A stretch of DNA of 61,139 nt from assembly GCA_944391885.1 (NCBI GenBank), contig CALXVE010000002.1:1-61139 (forward strand), written 5' to 3'. Both the position numbers and the translations under genes were made by a program. The stretch comes from an uncultured Clostridia bacterium. GTDB lineage: Bacteria > Bacillota > Clostridia > TANB77 > CAG-508. The notes beneath the pieces were generated by a model, which made no database searches, was not told the origin of the DNA, and worked only from the letters and a program-made list of their open reading frames with translations. This document shows positions 54,275-61,139 of the stretch, in pieces (the first letter of the stretch is position 1; every line of letters starts with the position of its first letter).

Positions 54275-55273
54275 TTAATATATATAATTTTGTGGATTTT
54301 GTAATACACCATTTACTCTTATCTCTAAATGTAAATGTGGTCCTGTTGAATTACCTGTAGAACCAACTTTTGCAATTACTTGCCCTTGTGATACTTTTTG
54401 ACCTTTTTTTGCTATTAGTTGACTACAATGACCATAAACAGTTTGCACACCATTTCCATGTGAAATTATAATCATATATCCATATGAGCTATTCCAACCG
54501 GCTGTAGTTACTGTACCCCCTGCGGCAGCTTTTATAGGTGTTCCCGTAGGTGCCGAAATATCAAGCCCTCTATGCCCTGTTGGGCTTGTGCTTCCTCTAC
54601 TTCCAAAACGGCAAGTTATTATTCCAGATATTGGTTTTATCAAACTAATGCCAAGATTTACTTTTTTGGTAGATGCACCAGTTACATTACCAGAAGAAAT
54701 TGAAGCCATATATGTTACTTTTGGTTTTGGTGCCTCATATAATTTTGATACACATTTTTCAACAGAAGTAAATTTTTTAGTTTCTGTATCATATTTTTCT
54801 ACAATACCAATTTCATTTTTATTTTGGCTATTTTTCTTTTTAAGTTGTGCAACTACCTTTTCTGCTTCATCAAAGGTTTCTACATATACTTTTTCCTTTT
54901 TATCATCTGTAATAGCATAGTATTTATAGTATTTAGTGCCATTTTCAGTTACTTTTGCATATATTTCATCATCATTTGGTGTAATATCCTTTTTTAGTAA
55001 GCAAAGTGTATAATCTGGTACACTATCAATTTGTGCAAAAGCAATTCCTTCTTCTGTTTCGCCTTCCATGTATTGATTAATTTTTGTTTGCAATTCAGCC
55101 TTATTTTCTGTATACCCAATAACCTCGCCATTTAATGATACGGCATAAGTTGGCTTATAAAATACTGCTACTGCAGTAATAATTAAAAATAAAGAAATAA
55201 GGACTAAAAAGATATATTTAATTGTTGCTCTAAAGTACATTGCGCACTTTTTTAAGGTTTTAATTTTAAACAA
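54275..55273 (-). CDS. M23 family metallopeptidase with N-terminal membrane anchor
   Basis: HRGLDISAPTGTPIKAAAGG…YGHCS…GSTGNSTGPHLHLEI are M23/LytM signatures. The start is uncertain (TTG at 55273 abuts the RBS; an internal ATG lies 33 nt downstream). Confidence 0.8.
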   Translation of the reverse strand: MFKIKTLKKCAMYFRATIKYIFLVLISLFLIITAVAVFYKPTYAVSLNGEVIGYTENKAELQTKINQYMEGETEEGIAFAQIDSVPDYTLCLLKKDITPNDDEIYAKVTENGTKYYKYYAITDDKKEKVYVETFDEAEKVVAQLKKKNSQNKNEIGIVEKYDTETKKFTSVEKCVSKLYEAPKPKVTYMASISSGNVTGASTKKVNLGISLIKPISGIITCRFGSRGSTSPTGHRGLDISAPTGTPIKAAAGGTVTTAGWNSSYGYMIIISHGNGVQTVYGHCSQLIAKKGQKVSQGQVIAKVGSTGNSTGPHLHLEIRVNGVLQNPQNYIY

Positions 55274-55371
55274 CTCCTTACTTTTTTAATTTACTATATT
55301 ATTTTATATCAAATTAAAAAAATAAGCAAGAGATTTTAAAATATTCTTACAACTTTTGAAGCATGTCACTA

Positions 55372-55420
55372 TTAAAGACAAAAGTGCCGCTTTAGGGACT
55401 GTCCCCAAAAGCGACACTTT
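55372..55420. terminator. long hairpin terminator carrying GGGACTGTCCC at its tip
   Basis: AAAGTGCCGCTTTAGGGAC-t-GTCCCCAAAAGCGACACTTT, with T-runs on both strands, directly after the cotF-like stop at 55426. Confidence 0.6.
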
Positions 55421-55425
55421 TTATT

Positions 55426-55671
55426 TTATTGCTCTAATTCTGTTTTTACAGTTTGTATTTCTGTAATTGTTGCTTTTTGTGCTGGTTGATAATATCCTTT
55501 TGTTTGTGCAACTTTAAATAATTCATACTGAAAACTTTCATCATTATTACGTATTTGTTGCAAAGTTTGTCTTAATTGCATATTTTCCGCTTCTGAAATT
55601 GCAGTTTGATATGCTGTTAAATCAGATTTAACATTGCTTAAAATATCATTTACCATTGTTTTCTCGTCCAT
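55426..55671 (-). CDS. spore coat protein, CotF family
   Basis: 81 aa: …NDILSNVKS.L..YQTAISEAEN.QLRQTLQQIRNNDE.FQYELFKVAQTKGYY.PA, the Coat_F domain pattern. Confidence 0.7.
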   Translation of the reverse strand: MDEKTMVNDILSNVKSDLTAYQTAISEAENMQLRQTLQQIRNNDESFQYELFKVAQTKGYYQPAQKATITEIQTVKTELEQ

Positions 55672-55684
55672 GGTATACCTCCTT

Positions 55685-55873
55685 TTAATTATTTAAAAAT
55701 GATAATAATTTCTGTTTTGTGTTAAGTGCATCCTGTGCAGATTTTGCAAACATTTGCTTAATTTGTGGGTCAACCGCCTGTGAAGAAAATGTATTTAGCT
55801 TTTGGTATGCAGTCTCATGTGCTCCTATTAAATGTCTTAAATGTTGTAATTCTAATTGATTTAAATTTGGCAT
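55685..55873 (-). CDS. small hypothetical protein co-located with the CotF-family gene (likely spore coat associated)
   Basis: 62 aa, helical (…LELQHLRHLIGAHETAYQKL…). The gap to the downstream cotF-like gene is 13 nt. Confidence 0.45.
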   Translation of the reverse strand: MPNLNQLELQHLRHLIGAHETAYQKLNTFSSQAVDPQIKQMFAKSAQDALNTKQKLLSFLNN

Positions 55874-55935
55874 AATTATCCTTCCTTTCTTTCAAATAAT
55901 CTAATAACATTATTATCAATTTGTATTTTTTTATA

Positions 55936-55969
55936 CAAAAAAATGCAAACAAAAATATTTGCATTTTTT
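55936..55969 (-). terminator. intrinsic terminator after pcrA
   Basis: Minus strand: AAAAATGCAAA-tatttttg-TTTGCATTTTTTT. Confidence 0.6.
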
Positions 55970-55976
55970 AAGTAAT

Positions 55977-58265
55977 TTATTCTATTATTTCTAATCCTGC
56001 GAATTTTGCCATTAGCCTTTTATGCCCTGCTTTATCAAATTGTATATCTAATTTGTAATCTTCGCCTTCTTCTTCCATTTTTTGTATTGTGCCTTCTCCG
56101 AATTTTTTGTGGTATATTCTCATGCCTTCTTTGTATTTGCTAACATCTACTTCACTTGCACTTTGCTTTTGTTTTAATGAATTTAAAAAGCTTTCTGCAG
56201 TTCTATAATTATATGTATTTGTTTTTATTTTGCTTGCTTCTTGCTCAGATTTATATGTTTTAACTTTTCCAAAGTTCGAAGCTTTTCCATATTCCCAATT
56301 ATATGACATATCATTAAATTTTTCTTCTTCATCATTATTCACAATTCCATCTAATAAATTATCTGGAATTTCTTTAACAAATCTAGAAATTGCATTATAG
56401 CTTGTAGAGCCAAAAATTGTTCTATGTTTTGCGCATGTTAGGTATAAAAATTGTTTTGCTCTTGTAATTCCTACATAGAACAAGCGCCTTTCTTCTTCCA
56501 ATTCTTTTGGTTCTCCAATAGATTTATAACCAGGAAAAATTCCTTCTTCCATTCCAACTAAGAACACAACTGGAAACTCTAATCCCTTTGCACTATGTAA
56601 TGTCATAAGTGTTACTGAATTATCCTCATCTTGCATTTCATCTATATCACTTGATAATGTAATACTTTCCAAAAATTCTGCTAAACTATTTTCTGCTGAT
56701 TCTTCCTCAAATTCAATTGCTACTGTTAAAAATTCATCTATGTTTTGTATTCTTGTTTCTGCTTCTACAGTATTTTCTAATTCTAAGCTTTTAGAATAAC
56801 CTGATTTTTTTAATACTTCTGTTATTAACTCAGATATACTTAACTCATCTTTTTTAGCTCTAAATTCTTCTATTAGCCCTATAAACTCATCTGCACTTGC
56901 TTTTATTCTATTAAAGCCATATTGTTCTGCATGTTTTATAATTTCGTATGCCGGCATACCTGTCTCGTCAGAAATTTTTTGTATATTATCTAAACTTGTT
57001 TTTCCAATTCCACGTTTTGGCTCATTTATAATTCTTCTTAATGATATATTATCAGCTGGATTTTGTATTAATCTTAAATATGCTATAACATCTTTAATTT
57101 CTTTTCTTTCATAGAATTTTACGCCACCAACAATTTTATATGGTATGTTTTCTCTCCTTAAAATATCCTCTATTGCCCTTGATTGTGCATTCATGCGGTA
57201 TAATATGGCAAAATCCTTTGGTTTTAAATATTCCTCTGTTTTTAAATGTTCTATTTGCTCTACTATGTAATTTGCCTCATCATATTCGTCTTCAGCCTGG
57301 TATAAGCATGGCAAACTTCCTTCTTCATTTTCAGTCCACAATTTTTTCTCATATTTATTTTCATTATGCTTAATTACTGCATTTGCAGCCTTTAGTATAT
57401 TGCCTGTGCAACGGTAATTTTGCTCTAGCTTTATAATTCTGGTGCCAGGAAAATCCTTTTCAAAATTTAAAATATTTGAAATATCTGCACCTCTAAAACT
57501 ATATATTCCTTGGTCATTATCACCAACTACAGTTATATTTCCATAACGTGAAGCTAAAATTGTAACTAGTGTAAATTGTGCCTTGTTTGTATCTTGATAC
57601 TCATCTACTAAAACATAGTGAAATTTATCTGTGTAATATTGCAAAACATCTGCATTACTTGATAAAATTTCGATTGCATAATTTATGATGTCATCAAAAT
57701 CAACTGCGTTATTTTCTTTTAGCCTTTTTTGATATAATTCATATGCTTGTCCTATTTTTCCTTTGCGGTAATCTCCTGAATATTTTTCCAGATATTCGCT
57801 TGGTGTTAACATCTCATTTTTTGCATTACTAATTTCGGCTAAAACGCTTCTATCCGTAAATAATTTGTCATCCATATTTAATGTTTTTAGGCACTCTTTT
57901 ACAACTGTTCTTTGGTCAGATGTATCAAAAATTAAAAATGATGTATCAAAGCCAATTCTATCTATAAATCTTCTTAAAATTTTCACACAAATAGAGTGAA
58001 ATGTACCCATCCACATTTCACCTGCTGCATCTCCAATTAAGTTTTCAATTCTTTGTTTCATTTCTGTTGCAGCTTTATTTGTAAATGTAATTGCTAGTAT
58101 ATTCCATGGCTTTACATTTTTTTCTGATATTAAATATGCTATTTTATGTGTTAATACCTTTGTTTTTCCAGAACCAGCACCAGCTATTACCAAGCATGGT
58201 CCTTCTGTATTTAGCACCGCTTCTTTTTGTTTATCATTTAATCCATCTATTAAATTTTGCATCAT
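55977..58265 (-). CDS. pcrA: ATP-dependent DNA helicase PcrA (UvrD family)
   Basis: 762 aa: LNDKQKEAV…AGAGSGKT…, VDEYQDTN, …TLHSAKGLEFPVVF…, plus the C-terminal …GEGTI… tail typical of PcrA. Confidence 0.9.
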   Translation of the reverse strand: MMQNLIDGLNDKQKEAVLNTEGPCLVIAGAGSGKTKVLTHKIAYLISEKNVKPWNILAITFTNKAATEMKQRIENLIGDAAGEMWMGTFHSICVKILRRFIDRIGFDTSFLIFDTSDQRTVVKECLKTLNMDDKLFTDRSVLAEISNAKNEMLTPSEYLEKYSGDYRKGKIGQAYELYQKRLKENNAVDFDDIINYAIEILSSNADVLQYYTDKFHYVLVDEYQDTNKAQFTLVTILASRYGNITVVGDNDQGIYSFRGADISNILNFEKDFPGTRIIKLEQNYRCTGNILKAANAVIKHNENKYEKKLWTENEEGSLPCLYQAEDEYDEANYIVEQIEHLKTEEYLKPKDFAILYRMNAQSRAIEDILRRENIPYKIVGGVKFYERKEIKDVIAYLRLIQNPADNISLRRIINEPKRGIGKTSLDNIQKISDETGMPAYEIIKHAEQYGFNRIKASADEFIGLIEEFRAKKDELSISELITEVLKKSGYSKSLELENTVEAETRIQNIDEFLTVAIEFEEESAENSLAEFLESITLSSDIDEMQDEDNSVTLMTLHSAKGLEFPVVFLVGMEEGIFPGYKSIGEPKELEEERRLFYVGITRAKQFLYLTCAKHRTIFGSTSYNAISRFVKEIPDNLLDGIVNNDEEEKFNDMSYNWEYGKASNFGKVKTYKSEQEASKIKTNTYNYRTAESFLNSLKQKQSASEVDVSKYKEGMRIYHKKFGEGTIQKMEEEGEDYKLDIQFDKAGHKRLMAKFAGLEIIE

Positions 58266-58300
58266 TTTCTCCTCTTTTCGTGTGTTTTATATATTTTTTC

Positions 58301-59500
58301 TTATACTTCTAATAGCCAGTCTATTATATTTATTTTTCTTATTCCATTATAGTCTGCTTCTAAATCCCTATCCATTGTTAATAAATATTTAGGATAAAAA
58401 TCTCCCGTCTTTTGTAATGGTTTTAGTTCTCTTTCTAAGGTCACTTCTTCTCTTGTGGTTAATGATACCTGGTAATATTCCAAACCATTTTTATTTTCTG
58501 CTATAAAATCTATTTCCAAGTCGTCTACCTTTCCTGCATATACTTTATATCCTCGTCTTAACAATTCTAAATAAACTATATTTTCCAGTATATGTCCCAT
58601 ATCTTGTCCCGCTTTTTTTCCAAGCAGATGTGCTCTAAATCCCATATCAACTACATAATATTTATACCCACTCGCAAGGACATTTTTTCCTTTTGCATCA
58701 AATTTATCAACTTTATATAATAAAAAAGCATCTATTAATGCAGAAATATAATTTTCTACTGTATGATTACTTGTGGCTCTATTCATGCTTGTTAAAGTAT
58801 CACTTATTTTTTTAGTACTTATTGAACTACCTATATTATTAAAAATATATTTTATAATACTTTCTAGTAACATTTGATTATTTATATTATTTCTTTGCAT
58901 TACATCCTTGTATATAACAGTAGTAAATACTCCATCTATATAGTTTTCTATTAAATCTGGATTTGATTTAAATAATTCTACTGTTAGTGGTAATGAGCCA
59001 TATTTTAAATAATCTAATAATTTTTCTTGTTTATCTATATTTTGTTCAAATGCAGACATATATTCTTTGAAAGATAATGGCAACATTTTTATTTCTACAT
59101 ACCTACCTGAAATTAAAGTTGCTAGTTCACCAGACAGAAGATATGCATTTGAGCCTGTTATATATAAATCAATATTTTTATCTATATATAAACTGTCAAT
59201 AGCTTTTTGAAATTCTTCCACACGCTGAACTTCATCTATAAAAACATAGTTTTTTTTGTCATTAACTAATCTTTCTTTTATATAATTATATAACTCTGTA
59301 TAATCTTTAAAACTATAGTCTTGACTTTCTAGATTTAGTTTTATTATTTGTTCATCTTGTATTCCTTGCTCTTTTAAATAATTAATATATATGTCAAATA
59401 AAGTAGATTTACCACATCTTCTAATTCCAGTTATAATTTTAATTAAATCTTTGTCTTTGAAGTCTATCAGCTTTTTCAAATAAAAATCTCTTGCTATCAT
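58301..59500 (-). CDS. AAA+ ATPase (AAA_14) with DUF4143 domain, second copy
   Basis: GIRRCGKSTLF, VFIDEVQ, and C-terminal …LEIDFIAE…YYQVS. The start MIARDFYL (ATG 59500) follows gaggtga. Same architecture as 3478..4719 but a diverged sequence. Confidence 0.8.
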   Translation of the reverse strand: MIARDFYLKKLIDFKDKDLIKIITGIRRCGKSTLFDIYINYLKEQGIQDEQIIKLNLESQDYSFKDYTELYNYIKERLVNDKKNYVFIDEVQRVEEFQKAIDSLYIDKNIDLYITGSNAYLLSGELATLISGRYVEIKMLPLSFKEYMSAFEQNIDKQEKLLDYLKYGSLPLTVELFKSNPDLIENYIDGVFTTVIYKDVMQRNNINNQMLLESIIKYIFNNIGSSISTKKISDTLTSMNRATSNHTVENYISALIDAFLLYKVDKFDAKGKNVLASGYKYYVVDMGFRAHLLGKKAGQDMGHILENIVYLELLRRGYKVYAGKVDDLEIDFIAENKNGLEYYQVSLTTREEVTLERELKPLQKTGDFYPKYLLTMDRDLEADYNGIRKINIIDWLLEV

Positions 59501-59546
59501 AGTTTTCACCTCATATATAGTATACAATTATAATGTTGTTATGTCA

Positions 59547-59612
59547 ATAAGTATTGGAAATATTTTTCCAATACTTATTATTTTTTAGAACTATTGGAAA
59601 TATTTTTCCAAA
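59547..59612. repeat. two copies of the palindrome TATTGGAAATATTTTTCCAA upstream of the second ATPase gene
   Basis: 59547-59578: AATAAGTATTGGAA-atattt-TTCCAATACTTATT (14-bp arms). 59592-59612 repeats the 20-nt core 40 bp away. Confidence 0.65.
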
Positions 59613-59614
59613 AT

Positions 59615-60358
59615 TCAAAGCATCATTGCAAAAATTCCAATCAATAATCCTGCTATATTGCCCATGGCAGTTATTCTTCCATGGTATAAGCTATTAGCTT
59701 CTGGTATAAGTTCACCAGAAACAATATATATCATTGCACCACCTGCAAAAGCCAAACACATGGCTATAACGCTTTGTGAAATTCTACCAACCAATGCTCC
59801 CAAAAGTGCTCCAATACCTGTAGTTACTCCAGATAAAATAACATAAAAAATCACTTTAGATGTTTTCATACCACCATTTTTCATTGGTACTGCCATGGAT
59901 ATTCCTTCTGGTATGTCATGCAAGCAAATTGCAATTGCTAATGATAAGCCCAACTTCAAAGAAGCTTCAAACCCAGAGCCTATTGCCAAACCTTCTGGAA
60001 AATTATGTAGTGCAAGCCCTATGCTAACAACTATTCCAGTTTTTAATAATGTATTTTTGCTAGATTTTAAATTTTTGCTTGAATTAAATTTTTTATCAAC
60101 TAACATATCACAAATCATCATTAATATTATTCCCAATATTATACCTAAAAATACTGTTGGTAATGTGCTTAAATTAAAAGCTTCTGGCAATAAATCAAAA
60201 CATACAATTGCAATCATAAGCCCTGATGCAAATGCTAATACAAAACTTAATAATTTATTTGATGAGTGTTTGAATTTTGTTCCGATAATTCCACCAATTG
60301 TAGTTCCAAATGTGCCAAAAAATAGACCTATTAATGTAGTTTTTACAATTTCGTTCAA
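59615..60358 (-). CDS. ZIP family metal (zinc) transporter
   Basis: 247 aa, polytopic, with HNFPEGLAIG and HDIPEGI motifs. TTG start at 60358 is 8 nt after aaggag. Confidence 0.8.
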   Translation of the reverse strand: MNEIVKTTLIGLFFGTFGTTIGGIIGTKFKHSSNKLLSFVLAFASGLMIAIVCFDLLPEAFNLSTLPTVFLGIILGIILMMICDMLVDKKFNSSKNLKSSKNTLLKTGIVVSIGLALHNFPEGLAIGSGFEASLKLGLSLAIAICLHDIPEGISMAVPMKNGGMKTSKVIFYVILSGVTTGIGALLGALVGRISQSVIAMCLAFAGGAMIYIVSGELIPEANSLYHGRITAMGNIAGLLIGIFAMML

Positions 60359-60423
60359 AACAAATACTCCTTTTAAACAAAATATTTTTTTAATATTTTA
60401 TTTTAAAAGGAGTATTTTTATTC

Positions 60424-61139
60424 TTATTCTTCCTCGTTTCCTTTTAATTTCTCAGCCGTATCTGCCGTAATTAGATTATCAATCATTTCGTCCAAATCAC
60501 CATTTAAAAAATTATCCATTTGATATATGCTCATACCTATTCTATGGTCTGTAATACGCCCTTGTGGGTAATTATATGTCCTTATTTTTTCACTTCTATC
60601 TCCACTTCCCACTTGGCTTTTTCTGGCATTTGCAACTTCTTCGTCTTGTTTTTGTTTTTCTATTTCATATAATCTTGAGCGTAATAATTTCATAGCATAA
60701 TCCCTATTTTGGAACTGTGACCTTTCTGTTTGGCACTCTGCTACCATTCCTGTTGGAATATGTATTAAACGAACTGCTGAAGATGTTTTGTTTATGTGCT
60801 GTCCACCAGCACCCGAAGCTCTAAAAACTTCCATTTTTATATCTGCTGGGTTTATTTCAATATCTACATCCTCTACCTCTGGCAAAACTACAACAGTTGC
60901 AGTAGAAGTATGTATTCTACCACTTGCTTCTGTATCTGGCACTCTTTGAACACGGTGAACTCCGCTTTCAAATTTTAGCCTGCTATATGCACCTTTACCT
61001 GTAATCATAAAAGAAATTTCCTTATATCCGCCAAGCCCTGTTTCATTTTCATTTAAAATTTCTAATTTCCAATGTTTTTTTTTTTTTTTTTTTGAATACA
61101 TCCTAAATAATGTACTTGCAAATAGTGCTGCTTCTTCTC
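60424..61139 (-). CDS. prfA: peptide chain release factor 1 (5' end outside the window)
   Basis: …[15 protein letters not shown]…GGYKE…[33 protein letters not shown]…[17 protein letters not shown]…ERSQ…[22 protein letters not shown] is the RF1 pattern (not RF2). The frame stays open upstream of the ATG at 61101 to the window edge. Confidence 0.85.
   Translation of the reverse strand, partial: EEAALFASTLFRMYSKKKKKKHWKLEILNENETGLGGYKEISFMITGKGAYSRLKFESGVHRVQRVPDTEASGRIHTSTATVVVLPEVEDVDIEINPADIKMEVFRASGAGGQHINKTSSAVRLIHIPTGMVAECQTERSQFQNRDYAMKLLRSRLYEIEKQKQDEEVANARKSQVGSGDRSEKIRTYNYPQGRITDHRIGMSIYQMDNFLNGDLDEMIDNLITADTAEKLKGNEEE
61075..61093 (-). repeat. 19-nt homopolymeric A run (sense strand) inside prfA encoding KKKKKK
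   Basis: The plus strand shows T x19 (61075-61093). Sense codons read TCA AAA AAA AAA AAA AAA AAA CAT. Confidence 0.95.

Noticed and set aside
60424-61139. Programmed +1 frameshift of release factor 2 (prfB) near the window end
   Set aside because: The protein is RF1-type (…RMYS…GGYKE…, [22 protein letters not shown]). The frame is continuous through the ATG at 61101 to the window edge. No CTT-TGA-C frameshift site is present.
1-61139. rRNA, tRNA, tmRNA, RNase P or SRP RNA genes
   Set aside because: The few GC-enriched islands (4915-5035, the MITE cores, 46680-46790) lack tRNA cloverleaf features and the conserved SRP (GGAAGCAGCC-like) or RNase P (GAGGAAAGUCC) motifs.

Overview
Very AT-rich chromosomal segment that looks like a spore-forming Clostridia-type Firmicute (cwlD, spoIIE, cotF-like, minC-mreBCD, mecA). 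Almost every gene is on the minus strand.

Gene content, left to right:
- 1-5066: decayed end of a mobilizable element. It holds a truncated MobV relaxase, a frameshifted HTH/Rep-like gene, and an intact DUF4143 ATPase / DUF1186-SEC-C / UPF0158 operon. It abuts the truncated 3' end of a giant cyclic beta-1,2-glucan-synthase-like gene.
- 5067-12714: that giant gene, which also carries two frameshifts.
- cwlD, then a receiver + GGDEF-like protein, an Ig-like membrane protein and a 1490-aa thioester-domain adhesin.
- An OmpR/HisKA two-component system bracketed by two inverted copies of a ~165-bp MITE-like element.
- Housekeeping genes: AI-2E transporter, xth, cell-wall hydrolase, lemA, tatD, acpS.
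- A WG-repeat protein, an XRE regulator, and a frameshift-split spoIIE.
- Two more giant surface proteins (1686 and 1739 aa) and a small-protein cluster.
- minC-PBP2-mreD-mreC-mreB-radC-DUF4321, then mecA, an M23 peptidase, cotF-like genes, pcrA, a second DUF4143 ATPase, a ZIP transporter and prfA.

I saw no rRNA, tRNA or CRISPR array.

Structures not explained by the genes:
1. Tandem heptamer arrays with sense-strand core T[G/T]AG at a strict 7-nt period, in the leader, intercistronic and 3' regions of the cell-shape cluster (50.1-54.3 kb).
2. The MITE-like family, plus an adjacent GGGACTGTCCC/GTCCCTAA hairpin module that overlaps two genes' stop codons.
3. A 193-nt nested-hairpin element exactly where minD/minE would be expected.
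4. Paired palindromes upstream of both DUF4143 ATPase genes.
5. A 19-nt poly(A) run inside prfA.

Four to five single-base frame disruptions in 61 kb mean either gene decay or indel errors in the assembly. I cannot tell these apart from the sequence alone.
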